Shown in pieces: positions 40,248-50,903 of a stretch of DNA of 64,000 nt (position 1 is the stretch's first letter; each line of letters begins with the position of its first letter). The position numbers were made by a program, and so were the translations under genes. This DNA is from Escherichia phage EscoHU1: sequence record NC_133119.1; one strand, given 5' to 3'. The notes beneath the pieces were generated by a model. The model saw only the letters and a list, made by a program, of their open reading frames with translations, was not told the DNA's origin and did no database searches.

Positions 40248-40652
40248 TTACGCTTTTGAGCTACGAAAAGTGTCTAAGTGGAACACTGTCTGGTTGATCC
40301 AAGAATCAAACGCAGCAGAGTTCTGCATAAGCATGATAGCGTTATCGCGACTAAACGGAACTTCAGTAGTAGGATCAGCTTCAGTTTCGATAAGCATCAG
40401 CTTCTCAACATCTCCAATCGTCAAGCCAGTCCAGCCAGCAATTGCAGTATCAACGAAAGCTTCAATAAACTTATCATCGTCCTGAACCTGAATCATAGTA
40501 CCGTTAACCCACTCATCACGCTTAGCGGAAGAGATAACACGCTTAGATGCAGCACGAGACATGTAGTTCAGTTGCAGCTTGAAGTTAGGCATACCTGGGT
40601 AAGCCAGCTCAATAGTACGAGTTTCAAGGGTAATATCTTTTAAATTGATCAT
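40248..40652 (-). CDS. hypothetical protein (possible tail assembly chaperone)
   Basis: 134 aa; start overlaps upstream gene stop. Confidence 0.45.
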   Translation of the reverse strand: MINLKDITLETRTIELAYPGMPNFKLQLNYMSRAASKRVISSAKRDEWVNGTMIQVQDDDKFIEAFVDTAIAGWTGLTIGDVEKLMLIETEADPTTEVPFSRDNAIMLMQNSAAFDSWINQTVFHLDTFRSSKA

Positions 40653-41548
40653 TTCTTTATTTCTCCAAAGAAGTCGATTCTTACCGGATCAGAGTCTGCA
40701 GTAGGGATTACATCCCATTCAACTCTGTATATATCCGAGAATTGTAGGCGTTTTGTTATACGTGCTGAAGGAAAGTCAATCGAAATATGTTCATTTCGGA
40801 TGGTTAATGGTATGTCAGTTTCGGGTTCAATATTATAAAACATATCACCAGCAAATCGCTTAGTGTAGTAAAATGCAATTGTTGCCGAAGCATTCATTTC
40901 ATTAACATAAGCTCTCTTATTATTATATATTTTGTTTATGTCAAATACGCTTTTATCTTCTCTCCAAGAACATTGTTGCTGGAATGACATAGAAGCGGAT
41001 AAAAGAGCTGGTAAAACATTACTGTTGGTAGATACTCTAGGAGGACTATATGACATAACTTCACCCTGAACAATAGAACCAGCAGGAGTAAAAGTAGACA
41101 CCTCAGAGAACTTACCAGATTCAATTCCTACGTTTAGGATAGGAACGCTTTTGTCTATAGAAAAGTCTACAGTAGATACATAGCAATTCTCAAAGTACAC
41201 ACAGTTATTATCTTTATTAACTATGTATATATTAAACATTGTTGGCTCAATATTTGTACTATAAAGTGGTAGTAAGAATGTGTTACCCTCTCGGTCAAAG
41301 CCCATCCACTCAAAGAAGTTAGCTTCAGTAAGGGTATTACTAAAATTTATAGCCAGCGATATTGAAGATGGAGTTTGTGCATTAATAATAGAGTCAGCAT
41401 AGTTGGTTCTACGATGGATAGTCCTACGAAGAGTTTTAAATTCCTCATAGGACGTATTGATATCGTAATTTGACAGGGCATCAAAATGATAAGCCCTGCC
41501 ATCATACTCAACTATAACTTTTGACTCCCTCATTAGAGAGTAGTACAT
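40649..41548 (-). CDS. tail protein (T5 p140-like)
   Basis: 299 aa; size and position relative to tube protein gene. Confidence 0.55.
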   Translation of the reverse strand: MYYSLMRESKVIVEYDGRAYHFDALSNYDINTSYEEFKTLRRTIHRRTNYADSIINAQTPSSISLAINFSNTLTEANFFEWMGFDREGNTFLLPLYSTNIEPTMFNIYIVNKDNNCVYFENCYVSTVDFSIDKSVPILNVGIESGKFSEVSTFTPAGSIVQGEVMSYSPPRVSTNSNVLPALLSASMSFQQQCSWREDKSVFDINKIYNNKRAYVNEMNASATIAFYYTKRFAGDMFYNIEPETDIPLTIRNEHISIDFPSARITKRLQFSDIYRVEWDVIPTADSDPVRIDFFGEIKK

Positions 41549-41552
41549 TTAA

Positions 41553-42962
41553 TTAGCCACCAGAAGCAGTAACTGTAATGCTCTTAGTACCTTCTACACC
41601 AGAACCATCTTTAGCTACGGCTTTCACAGTAACTGCACCAGTCTTAGAAGCATCAGCGGTCAGTAAACCAGAAGTTGCATCAATAGTAGCAGCAGTACCG
41701 GAGGAAATAGACCAAGTTACTTCCTTATTAGTAGCTTCAGCAGGCAAAACATCTACAGTCATCTGAAGAGTTGCACTATTATCAACGGAAGCTGCATCAC
41801 CCGCGGATTTAACAGTAATACCTGTTACCTTAACCGGAGCTGCTTTACCACCGTCACCAGTTGCAATCAGATTTGCAATAGTAGTTTTGGTGTACTTATT
41901 AGAGAAACCAAGATAACCTTCATCACCAGTATCCAGATCAGTAGGAATTGCTTTGAACTCTACAGAAGTACCAAGTACATCGTCAGTCTCAATAGTTGGG
42001 ATGTTAACGTGAGCTTGCTTAGCAACTAGAACAGCAGCTGGGCGCTCATCATCATATTCACCACCAAGTACTAGAGCGATTTCGAAGCGGTTAACTACTT
42101 TAAGGGTCTTAATCAGATCTTTATACAGATCCATAGAACCTAGAGCTTTATCGTTAAGATAAGCAGTCAGAGAACCAGTTAACTCGAATGCACCAGTAAA
42201 TGAACCGATTGGGATGTTAACGCGGGACATGACGTTCGGAGTCAGATAGGTGATGTTGTTGTTGATTGTAAAGCTACCACCAGTGATCGGAATGTCATAC
42301 GCCTTACCAGTATCCATATCCTTAATTTTGAGGATAGTCAGTTTGTTCTTGATGTAAGAACCCTGGATAGTCATGTAAGTTTCATCATCAATACCTACAG
42401 TATCAGGATCAAATGGAGCAGCATCCAGAGGGATCAGCTGGTTACCATTACCTGACCAAGTTACACGACCTATATCTTCGATATCAACGTTTACTTCAGC
42501 CTGGTTGATCTGGCAGGAATCGATATAACTCCAGGCTTTATCAGTAAGGATGTAAATGTGCAGCATTGCCAGTTCGTGGTATGCGTTATCCTTAAAGTTA
42601 ACCATGAAGTTAGTTTCGTTAGTGTGTGCACCTGTATCACCATCTAGGTTGATAGGCTTACCACTAGAAAGAGCATGCCACAGCATGTAGTCCGGAACGA
42701 TCTGCTTACTAGTAGTCTTATCTAAGTAAGGTAGGATGTAAGTAGAGAAACTCCACTCAGCTGCGTTCAGGGAGTCGTTGAAACGTTTTGAACCACGAGT
42801 TGGACGCGGACCAGCTTCGTTAACAGTAATATCGGTTGAGTTACTGTCCTGACCCCAAGAAATATCATCTTGAACTAGAATCTCTTGCGTGTTGGTCTTA
42901 TCGTGACCAGTCTTAACCGTAGACACGAAGATTCGAGTATTACGTAATAGTTGTAAAGACAT
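41553..42962 (-). CDS. major tail tube protein with C-terminal Ig-like domain (T5 pb6-like)
   Basis: 469 aa; C-terminal ~90 aa Ig-like region (VTGITVKSAGDAASV...VTVKAVAKDGSG). Confidence 0.8.
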   Translation of the reverse strand: MSLQLLRNTRIFVSTVKTGHDKTNTQEILVQDDISWGQDSNSTDITVNEAGPRPTRGSKRFNDSLNAAEWSFSTYILPYLDKTTSKQIVPDYMLWHALSSGKPINLDGDTGAHTNETNFMVNFKDNAYHELAMLHIYILTDKAWSYIDSCQINQAEVNVDIEDIGRVTWSGNGNQLIPLDAAPFDPDTVGIDDETYMTIQGSYIKNKLTILKIKDMDTGKAYDIPITGGSFTINNNITYLTPNVMSRVNIPIGSFTGAFELTGSLTAYLNDKALGSMDLYKDLIKTLKVVNRFEIALVLGGEYDDERPAAVLVAKQAHVNIPTIETDDVLGTSVEFKAIPTDLDTGDEGYLGFSNKYTKTTIANLIATGDGGKAAPVKVTGITVKSAGDAASVDNSATLQMTVDVLPAEATNKEVTWSISSGTAATIDATSGLLTADASKTGAVTVKAVAKDGSGVEGTKSITVTASGG

Positions 42963-42988
42963 TTATTTATATTCTCCTAATCTGTAAC

Positions 42989-43474
42989 TTATCTGCGAAG
43001 TGCCCTACGAGGTGGCTGATACCTCACTGTTACATTTATTTCCGCTAAACCATATGGGGCCAGTAGACCCTCATCTGTAGCTACTGAGGTGATGCTCATA
43101 TCAGTTGCCTCACATGGGAAGGTCGATCCATTAGGTTTACTAACAGTATATTCTAAATTTCCACCTGTGTCAATGACGGTTTTTATGTCAGCTACGAGTT
43201 TTTCAAGTTGCTCTTGAATATCTGTTTTCTCTTTGTCATACACGAGGATTGGAAGTTCTAAAAACATCCACTGTTGGCCTGAAGGAAGATACTGCCCAGT
43301 TTCATTTCCGATATGAACTGCCACGAAAGGAAATTCTCGGATTTCCTCGAATTTATAAGTTTGACGAGAAACGTTTCCATAAAGGTTATTGAAATACTCG
43401 TCAGGTTGTGAACCATCCATTTGTGTGGCGATTCGGTCAACCACTGCTTGTGCAATACTTGTTCTGTGATCCAT
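42989..43474 (-). CDS. tail terminator protein (T5 p142-like)
   Basis: 161 aa; position in head-tail joining block. Confidence 0.55.
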   Translation of the reverse strand: MDHRTSIAQAVVDRIATQMDGSQPDEYFNNLYGNVSRQTYKFEEIREFPFVAVHIGNETGQYLPSGQQWMFLELPILVYDKEKTDIQEQLEKLVADIKTVIDTGGNLEYTVSKPNGSTFPCEATDMSITSVATDEGLLAPYGLAEINVTVRYQPPRRALRR

Positions 43475-43477
43475 TTA

Positions 43478-44245
43478 TTAGGTTCCTTGATTAACCTTGA
43501 TTTTATATCTAGAGTGAATCAGGTCTCTTGCAGCTTTTGCGATTGCTTCCCCGATAAGTTTTTGAGGGTTTCGAGCGCCAGGGTAAGGTCGTAGAGAAAG
43601 TCTTCGATATGTAGAAACTGCGGGGTTGAACACAGAGTAAGGACGAACCATATAGTTATATGTCACATTCAGCTCTGGAGCACCTTTACTAGTTTCTGCA
43701 TCACGTAACATAACGTCTTTAATCTTTAAGGAGTTAGCAAAGCGACCAGTTCTGAACTTCAGAGGTGCTCCTGCTTTTTTCATATCCTTGATTAAATATT
43801 CCTTAGCAACTATCTCAAGAATAGCACGCATGTTACTATTCGATACGAAACGACCGGAAGCACCTGTTACTGCACCAGAATAGCCATCTTCAGTATCTCT
43901 AGGATCTCCAAAGTTTACCTGAACTCTACCGGTAGAACGTTTTTTACCAACAGCAGAACGTTTGCCTGTGGTTGCTTGAATTAGATTCTCTAGAGCGCCT
44001 AAATCACCAGAAAGATCTAAGTTAGAAGAAACAGCCTTCAATATAGATGCTGTCCTAACATTTAATAAGTCTTGTGATACTGGTTTTGAGAATTTGAAAG
44101 ATACCTGTGCAACTGTACCATCTCTTGTAGGATCTTTCAAACCTGTCTCAACTGTATATACAACAGTGTTCTTATTATTCTCAGATCGTCCTGCAGTATC
44201 TAGCTGCTCTTTAATAATTTGTCTAGCTAGATCAGAAAGAGCCAT
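43478..44245 (-). CDS. tail completion protein (T5 p143-like)
   Basis: 255 aa; position. Confidence 0.55.
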   Translation of the reverse strand: MALSDLARQIIKEQLDTAGRSENNKNTVVYTVETGLKDPTRDGTVAQVSFKFSKPVSQDLLNVRTASILKAVSSNLDLSGDLGALENLIQATTGKRSAVGKKRSTGRVQVNFGDPRDTEDGYSGAVTGASGRFVSNSNMRAILEIVAKEYLIKDMKKAGAPLKFRTGRFANSLKIKDVMLRDAETSKGAPELNVTYNYMVRPYSVFNPAVSTYRRLSLRPYPGARNPQKLIGEAIAKAARDLIHSRYKIKVNQGT

Positions 44246-44757
44246 TATACTCTCCTGTAGACTTCGATGATTGTACGAATATGCTCTGGAATACCAGACT
44301 TAGTATTGTTAAACGTAACTGTCTCACCACCAATAGTCTTGGCTTGACGATAATCTTGCTTATGCCAGTGATCTACTAACAGACATGCTGCCAGTTTAAG
44401 ATCTTCAGGCATTGGATTGAAACCACCTTGAGTATACTCTACATCCATATATCCTTCAGGAGGATTAAACTTAAGGAGAATAACACCATCAGGATACAGT
44501 TTAAACTGTTCCGGGTCTATTTCATTCTCGTTAATAGTCATCTTTGTAATAGATGTGGCTGAGGGAGAACTCAGGAAATATTTCCTACGGCTAGGTTTTG
44601 TAGTGATTAATTGATCTACCGCATCTGCATCGTCCATACCTAGAAGGCTTGTAATCAGCGTATTGGCAGCTTTAATCATCATCTCAACCTGAGTTTCCAT
44701 ATCAGGTCGCTTTGCATTAGCATATAGTCTGTAGTCTTCAACAGTGATGATTTGCAT
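44245..44757 (-). CDS. head completion protein (T5 p144-like)
   Basis: 170 aa; position immediately after capsid gene. Confidence 0.55.
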   Translation of the reverse strand: MQIITVEDYRLYANAKRPDMETQVEMMIKAANTLITSLLGMDDADAVDQLITTKPSRRKYFLSSPSATSITKMTINENEIDPEQFKLYPDGVILLKFNPPEGYMDVEYTQGGFNPMPEDLKLAACLLVDHWHKQDYRQAKTIGGETVTFNNTKSGIPEHIRTIIEVYRRV

Positions 44758-44771
44758 TTATTTTTCCCAAT

Positions 44772-44796
44772 AAAAAAGGAGAGCCGAAGCTCTCCT
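44772..44796 (-). terminator. rho-independent terminator after major capsid gene
   Basis: minus-strand GGAGAGC-TTCG-GCTCTCC followed by TTTTTT. Confidence 0.65.
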
Positions 44797-44816
44797 TATC
44801 GGCTGAAAAGCCTGTA

Positions 44817-46193
44817 TTAAGATGCAGCGTAAGCACCAGATACAACGCCGTTTTCGAAGTAACGTTGCAGGTTAACACGCTGGGTAACGTAGTATGCGTC
44901 ACGCTGTTTGCCAGCTTGGCGCTCGCGTTCAACAGTAACGGCACGCTGACGCGGCATTACGAAGTTATCTTTATAAACAATAACTGCGAATTCAGCGGAA
45001 GCAGCTTTAGCTGGGAAGTACTCAGAAACTACAACCGGCAGACCGTAAATACGACCAACCTGACCCTGCAGTTTAACAGCATCGTTACCAACCTGGGCAA
45101 CATCCTGCCATTCTTCATCTTCCAGCAGATCGTAGTAAGCATCCATAGATACGATCAGTACCAGTTTGCTCAGTTTCAGACCGTGACGGCCCAGTTTACG
45201 ACGCAGCTTGGAGATAGTCTTAGCAGTTACCAGAACAGAACCGTCAGCTTTAGCTTCGGTAACAACCTTAGCACCATCATCAGCAGCCAGTTTCAGCAGA
45301 CCCTTAGGCTGACCAGTACCATTACCGGACATGAAAGCTTCTTCGATAGAAACAGCGTGTGCTTCGATCAGACGCTTACGCAGCAGAGGCAGCAGGGAGA
45401 AGATTGCATCTTCTTCAGTTTCATCAGTGATGAAGGATTTAGCAGCCAGCTTGTAAGTTTTGAAGCTGATTTCAGTTAGTTGACCTTTAACTTCGTCACC
45501 AACAGTTTCGTCAGTACCGAATTTGGAAGCATCTACCCAAGTAGCACGACCAGCTTCTGGTTCAACGAGCATAGTAAGGATTTTGCTGGACATTGGCAGT
45601 TCATCGAACAGTGCACCAACTACCAGTTCCTTCTGCAGGTCACGGATAATACGGGTAGAGAAGATAGTTTCGTATGCTTCGCTAGACATGGAAACGGAAG
45701 AAGAACCGTTAACAGCTTTAACGTGAGCCTTACCATGTTCAGTTTCGAATACGTCTTTCTCCATCATATAAGACAGAAGAACCAGTTTCTCAACCTCATC
45801 TTCGAAAGCATCCTGAGTGCCATAAAGAGCTTTAGCTACGCTATCACCAACGAAGGAACGACCTTCACGAGCTGCCAACAGAGACTTGATTTCGTCCTGA
45901 AGACCAACGATGGTTTCCTGTTGCTTTTCTACAGTCTGTGCAAACAGTTCTGCGCTCTTCTTAGACTTCTCATCCAGGTTCTTAACCAGATCCAGAGCTT
46001 CTTCCAGACGCTTACGGTCTTCACCAACAGCTTTAGATACTAGGTCGTTCATACGAGCCAGTTCTTTTTCTTCCTGCTCTTCACGCAGACGCTTAGCTTC
46101 CGCAGCTTTCTGAGCAGCAGTCAGACCTTCCAGAGATTTAGCCAGATCACCCAGACCAAGTTCTTCCTTCAGCTTATTAATATCAATAGTCAT
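44817..46193 (-). CDS. major capsid protein (T5 pb8-like, HK97 fold) precursor
   Basis: 458 aa; N-terminal coiled scaffold-like delta domain; strongly biased codon usage; size equals T5 pb8. Confidence 0.9.
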   Translation of the reverse strand: MTIDINKLKEELGLGDLAKSLEGLTAAQKAAEAKRLREEQEEKELARMNDLVSKAVGEDRKRLEEALDLVKNLDEKSKKSAELFAQTVEKQQETIVGLQDEIKSLLAAREGRSFVGDSVAKALYGTQDAFEDEVEKLVLLSYMMEKDVFETEHGKAHVKAVNGSSSVSMSSEAYETIFSTRIIRDLQKELVVGALFDELPMSSKILTMLVEPEAGRATWVDASKFGTDETVGDEVKGQLTEISFKTYKLAAKSFITDETEEDAIFSLLPLLRKRLIEAHAVSIEEAFMSGNGTGQPKGLLKLAADDGAKVVTEAKADGSVLVTAKTISKLRRKLGRHGLKLSKLVLIVSMDAYYDLLEDEEWQDVAQVGNDAVKLQGQVGRIYGLPVVVSEYFPAKAASAEFAVIVYKDNFVMPRQRAVTVERERQAGKQRDAYYVTQRVNLQRYFENGVVSGAYAAS

Positions 46194-46210
46194 TTTTAAA
46201 TAATTCTCCG

Positions 46211-46843
46211 TTATTCTTTAACGTAGCCTAAAGCTATCGCAAGTTTTTCTAGTTCAGAAAGATTACGTTCTTGAGCTGGGACAGCCTTAGAACTTGTTGC
46301 AGTAAAAGATTTGCGCCATTCAGTGTAATCGTGGCCATTCATACTCTTAGCGAGGTTGAACGTTGAGTCCTGATTACAAGGTACAGAAACTACCGAAACT
46401 TCGTATAGTTCTAAATCTTTAATAATAAATATGTCAGTAGCTTCATCCCATTCTGCGTCTAGGCAGCGGAATCCGATACTGAAGGTTTTCAGTACACCGT
46501 TTTTAATTAGTGAGAAGATAGCTGGATCAGAACTTTCATAAATCTCGCATTCAATTTCGAGACCCATTTCAGTAGGGTTAAGATCAATACACTTGCCGAT
46601 TGGACGACGATGGTCGTGGCCGAAAAGAATAATCGGGTTTTTCATGTAGTTAGCAAGTGCATTAGACGTTTTCCATGCCGAAGCAGGAATTACGTCACCA
46701 GCGCGATCTTTACTAATTGTATTAGCGAATCCACGGATTTTTACAACACCCTCTTTGGATTCGCTATCAATAGACTTAATGTAAGCGTCTAAATGAACCG
46801 GTGCTGATTTTAACTTGTTATAGTCAATAGCAGCATTTGTCAT
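46211..46843 (-). CDS. prohead protease (T5 pb11-like)
   Basis: 210 aa; sits between capsid and decoration/portal genes. Confidence 0.8.
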   Translation of the reverse strand: MTNAAIDYNKLKSAPVHLDAYIKSIDSESKEGVVKIRGFANTISKDRAGDVIPASAWKTSNALANYMKNPIILFGHDHRRPIGKCIDLNPTEMGLEIECEIYESSDPAIFSLIKNGVLKTFSIGFRCLDAEWDEATDIFIIKDLELYEVSVVSVPCNQDSTFNLAKSMNGHDYTEWRKSFTATSSKAVPAQERNLSELEKLAIALGYVKE

Positions 46844-46846
46844 TTA

Positions 46847-47329
46847 TTAAGCCCCCGGCGCAGGGTTGATAGTTGTTACACACTCATTAGAAGTAATGGA
46901 AGTAGATTTACTATCCGTTACAACAACTTTGTAAGTACCAGCATCTTCTGCAGCAGCTGTAGCTTTGTTGAAATTAGGGCCAGTAACACCACTTAGTGGA
47001 GAACCGTCTTTAGTCCAAGCATAAGTATATGGTGCAGTACCACCAGTAACTGTTACGCCCAGATTAATTGCTGCACCAGTATCAACAGCTAGAGTTTTAG
47101 CCAGATTCTTTGTGAAAGCTAGAGCCGGAACAACCGGAGCAGTAACTTCGTATGCTTCTTTGAACTTATTCCAAACCTTGCGGTTGGTATGTGCAGTGGT
47201 CATTCCAAACTCTTTACGTAGAGTAGCGTAGTTTGGAACGAACTTGTGTGCTGCAACCGTAGCAAAGAAGATATGAGATTCTGGCAGCTTTTCACCAAAA
47301 ATGGCCTTTAGACCATCATAATCAATCAT
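46847..47329 (-). CDS. capsid decoration protein with Ig-like domain (T5 pb10-like)
   Basis: 160 aa; C-terminal Ig-like segment GVTVTGGTAPYTYAWTKDGS. Confidence 0.7.
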   Translation of the reverse strand: MIDYDGLKAIFGEKLPESHIFFATVAAHKFVPNYATLRKEFGMTTAHTNRKVWNKFKEAYEVTAPVVPALAFTKNLAKTLAVDTGAAINLGVTVTGGTAPYTYAWTKDGSPLSGVTGPNFNKATAAAEDAGTYKVVVTDSKSTSITSNECVTTINPAPGA

Positions 47330-48543
47330 TCTTTATCCCCATCGGCAGTGCCTTGCGGTCTACCACCTTCTTGACCAGATACACCTGTTGCAGAACCAGC
47401 AACGTTAGCAGGAATACGAATCTTATTCATCTGCTCATCATCTAAAGGTTCAAGGTTAAGCTCTTCACGAGCTTCGTTACCAGTCATGATACCGTTATTA
47501 ACCAAAGAGGTTAAATGTTTAGCCTCAGCTTCTTTATCTGGCGTCAGTGCAGCTACTTCCTTAGTATTAGGAGTAACCTTGTAGCCAAAGAAGAAAGTAA
47601 GAGAACTAGTCAGCTTGTTCAGCATAGGAATGATAGTCATGTAATAGAACAATTCGATGTTTGGTCGAATGTTAGCATTATTACCACCATCAAGTAACAC
47701 TTGCGGAACACCAAAGGCAAGACAGATGGATTTATTAAATCCTTCGATATCTTCCTTGAAGTCTAGATCTTTAAAAGAGGATATTTGGGAGTACGGTTTT
47801 GCTTTCATACCACCATCTAGAATCAGGACAGTAGACTGACCCGTACTAGGATTATAATCGAGTTGTAATTCTTCTTGTTTACGCTCACGCAATTTCTTGT
47901 TCAGGATTTCATCCGTCTCAAGAATAAGACCAATCACAGTGCCGTTATCGAGGAACTTCTCTTTAAAGTTAAGCATTTTAGAACGCTTCTCAAGAGAGTC
48001 AATAACTGTAGCAACACGAGATTGTCCAGAAATTTGGGAGTTTGTGCCACACACGTAACTGTTATCCTTTATAAAGATAATCTCATCTACGCGATAGTCT
48101 ATCTGGTTATTAAATATGAATTTTTTGATAAACTTATTGGCATCTGCCTCTACTTGCATTAGTGCAGCAGGGACATGGTAAAGTGCTGTGCCATCCCAAT
48201 AGATGTATGCACAACCCTCAAAAAGTAGGTCAGTGACTACAAGTCTACGGAATGTGCTTATATCCATGAATGGATTAGGTCGTACATTTAAGAGAGTGTC
48301 TAGAGTCTTTGCCTTGACGCCATTAGCGTACGTGACAATATTATATTTATCTCCGACAGTATAAGAACACTCCGCCGCACTATCGATAACCATGTTAGCA
48401 GTTCGGTTGAGAATCTCAATCTTACTGTAGGCTTGTCCAGTGGTAAATGGCTTACGGTTAGTGCGATGACTAACTGGTTCCATGTCTCTTATAATACGTT
48501 GACCCGGATTTAGCTTTTCAGTAATCCAGCTTTTTAAACCCAT
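47326..48543 (-). CDS. portal protein (T5 pb7-like)
   Basis: 405 aa; position between decoration gene and terminase. Confidence 0.85.
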   Translation of the reverse strand: MGLKSWITEKLNPGQRIIRDMEPVSHRTNRKPFTTGQAYSKIEILNRTANMVIDSAAECSYTVGDKYNIVTYANGVKAKTLDTLLNVRPNPFMDISTFRRLVVTDLLFEGCAYIYWDGTALYHVPAALMQVEADANKFIKKFIFNNQIDYRVDEIIFIKDNSYVCGTNSQISGQSRVATVIDSLEKRSKMLNFKEKFLDNGTVIGLILETDEILNKKLRERKQEELQLDYNPSTGQSTVLILDGGMKAKPYSQISSFKDLDFKEDIEGFNKSICLAFGVPQVLLDGGNNANIRPNIELFYYMTIIPMLNKLTSSLTFFFGYKVTPNTKEVAALTPDKEAEAKHLTSLVNNGIMTGNEAREELNLEPLDDEQMNKIRIPANVAGSATGVSGQEGGRPQGTADGDKE

Positions 48544-49067
48544 TATAAGAACCTTGCGAATCCTGATTTAATTTCAGTCTTGACTTGTGTCTTTTCTTGA
48601 GGATTCTGTAGCTTTTCCTTTTGTTTAAGAACCCATACCTTCTGCTTATTAGCAGAGAAAAGGGGAGGTTCTTTAGTGTACACCTTATGTAATAGTTGGT
48701 GATGGTGGACACAAAGGGTAACAGTGTCATCTACTAGCTCATGCCTATATCTTTCATAGAATGCCGTCCTATTTGAGAGGACTGTTTCTTCGTCAGTGAA
48801 ATCCAATTGGAGTTCTTTAGCAAATTTTTTAACTAGTAGAGACACTGTATGGTAATGATGAAGCTCTAATTCTTCACCACAACCACAGATTTCGCAGCGA
48901 TCGGCTTTTTTATATTGACTTTTTATACCGTCTCGCATGAGTGATATAGCATCACGTTTATATTTTACATTTCCTGCCACAGTATTCTCCTCAACTGTAT
49001 GAATATAGTATACATAATCATGTCGAATTTGTAAAGGGGATTTTAAAATGCAGGAATGGGATACCAA
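48543..49067 (-). CDS. HNH endonuclease
   Basis: CEICGCGEELELHHY ... CVHHHQLLHK; stop overlaps portal start; start codon uncertain. Confidence 0.65.
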   Translation of the reverse strand: MVSHSCILKSPLQIRHDYVYYIHTVEENTVAGNVKYKRDAISLMRDGIKSQYKKADRCEICGCGEELELHHYHTVSLLVKKFAKELQLDFTDEETVLSNRTAFYERYRHELVDDTVTLCVHHHQLLHKVYTKEPPLFSANKQKVWVLKQKEKLQNPQEKTQVKTEIKSGFARFL

Positions 49068-49094
49068 CTGAGTAGTATCCCATCCTATACTTAT

Positions 49095-50411
49095 TTATTT
49101 CCCACGGGAAATTGAGTAAATTCCATAACGCAGTGCGTCACAAAGGTGAGAATTCGCATCATGACGTGGTTTTTCACGTGATAATTTCTCTTCGCCTTCC
49201 TGGAAGTCCCACTTGTAGTTCGCTAGGGCGTGGATCAATGAGGTACATGAAGCATCTACGATGATCTTACCTTGCTGGAACAGTGCTTGTAGGCATGCCA
49301 GACCATCTAGGACAGATTTCTTAGCAGGTGCGGAAGCGATTTCATGTTCATATGCTAAGTCCTGACGGAACTGAGCAGCAGCGGAGTCTACAAATATACG
49401 ATCAACATTATAACGATCTATGCAGTGTTGGATATAAGCAGCATGTTGAGCTGTAGTCTTTTCAGCTTGCTGGTACTCTTCCAGAACATAATAGATATCG
49501 GTATCATAGTGATATTTGATAGTAAGAACTGCTGTTGGATCACGATAACCAACGTCGATACCAAGTAAGGTTTCAAATGCTTCATCATCTTTAAAGAAGT
49601 GACGCATACCCTTGAGGTCTTTAACATGCTCGATAGCATTGAAGGTGTCAAAGATCTGACCTTCGAATACAGAGAAGTCAGCCTCATATTCTTGGCGGAA
49701 GTAGTTTTTACTAACAGTACGACGCGCTTCTTCGATATCGTTCAGATCAGCACGTGGGTTATCACGATATGTACCATGAATAGATACCCAGTTAGGTAGC
49801 GTTTCGTTAAATCCTTTCTCATAGAACTCTTTAAACCAGTTACCACCACGAGGTGTGGAAATAAATAGAGCTTTAGAGTTTGGTTTATCTAGGGTAGGAC
49901 GTAACTGAATATCGAAAGCTGCACCACCAACATCGGAAATAGCTGCTTCGTCAAAGATGATGAAGTCATACGAACGACCAACCGCGGAGTCAGCCTGTGC
50001 CGCAGAAGCCAGCTTAAAGAGAGAACCATTCGCTAGTTCAATCTCCTTATCTTTGGCGTTCTCACGTTCAGTCTGTAGCCCATATTTCTTAATAAGACCA
50101 CGAATCTGAGACCAACCGATGTTAGCCAGTGAGTAGTTAGGTGCAACTACTAGCACCTTCACATTAGGCTCCAGAAGCTTCAGGAACCCAAGTGTATATG
50201 CGATGAATGACTTACCTACACGACGTGATACACATGCGGTCACGAAACGGTGTCTTGGGTCTTCCAACGCATTAATAATTGCAATTTGAGGGGCATTAGG
50301 TGTAATTCCCTCTTGTGCTAGGATGCTAGAGACTGGTAGACGAAAGAATCGTTTGTCAATACCAAAGTCAATAACATCTGTGGTGTTAATATAGTCTCTA
50401 GAGACTTTCAT
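49095..50411 (-). CDS. terL: terminase large subunit
   Basis: 438 aa; Walker A-like VSRRVGKS; C-terminal nuclease-type region. Confidence 0.9.
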   Translation of the reverse strand: MKVSRDYINTTDVIDFGIDKRFFRLPVSSILAQEGITPNAPQIAIINALEDPRHRFVTACVSRRVGKSFIAYTLGFLKLLEPNVKVLVVAPNYSLANIGWSQIRGLIKKYGLQTERENAKDKEIELANGSLFKLASAAQADSAVGRSYDFIIFDEAAISDVGGAAFDIQLRPTLDKPNSKALFISTPRGGNWFKEFYEKGFNETLPNWVSIHGTYRDNPRADLNDIEEARRTVSKNYFRQEYEADFSVFEGQIFDTFNAIEHVKDLKGMRHFFKDDEAFETLLGIDVGYRDPTAVLTIKYHYDTDIYYVLEEYQQAEKTTAQHAAYIQHCIDRYNVDRIFVDSAAAQFRQDLAYEHEIASAPAKKSVLDGLACLQALFQQGKIIVDASCTSLIHALANYKWDFQEGEEKLSREKPRHDANSHLCDALRYGIYSISRGK

Positions 50412-50893
50412 TATCTCTTACCTCCTCCTGCTAGAGCGGTAATAAGATTCATATAGTTTTCGTCACCACTTCCAGCAATAATATTATTCTGAATGTTAGT
50501 CTGGTTAGCCGGAGTACGGGCTGCTGCCTTCACTTTCTCCAGTTCTACCATCATTTTCATTTCTTCCATTTTCATCTTGTGCGCCTTCCAGAGAATATCC
50601 ATGATATCCTGGTCAGAACCCATGCCAGTTTCTTCAAGTTCTTCTAGCTTACGCTTGATAACTTCATCAAGAACCCCAAACAAACGGTCACGATTACGGA
50701 AGCCGCTTTCCATAAAGATATCGTTAAGATAGTTTTTAACTTCCCCACGATTCATTATATCACGGAATGCAATCTCGGACATCCCAAGACTACGAGCAGC
50801 GGCAGGAACATCACTACCGCACTGTAAATAGGCCTCAATAACATCCATGCCTTCGGGAGACATGAGATCGGGAACTAATACATCATTTGCCAT
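50411..50893 (-). CDS. putative terminase small subunit (HTH)
   Basis: 160 aa; N-terminal HTH-like [20 protein letters not shown]; immediately upstream of terL. Confidence 0.5.
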   Translation of the reverse strand: MANDVLVPDLMSPEGMDVIEAYLQCGSDVPAAARSLGMSEIAFRDIMNRGEVKNYLNDIFMESGFRNRDRLFGVLDEVIKRKLEELEETGMGSDQDIMDILWKAHKMKMEEMKMMVELEKVKAAARTPANQTNIQNNIIAGSGDENYMNLITALAGGGKR

Positions 50894-50903
50894 ATATCCT
50901 CCT

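Noticed and set aside
39818-40652. Programmed -1 frameshift between the two putative tail assembly chaperone ORFs
   Set aside because: The ORFs are separated by a 61-bp gap and I could not identify a slippery heptamer by eye; not supported without frame-extension analysis.
44865-46113. Plus-strand ORFs (204, 187, 67, 67 aa) antisense to the major capsid gene
   Set aside because: They lie entirely inside a strongly supported minus-strand gene and have low-complexity S/T/F-rich translations typical of antisense frames.
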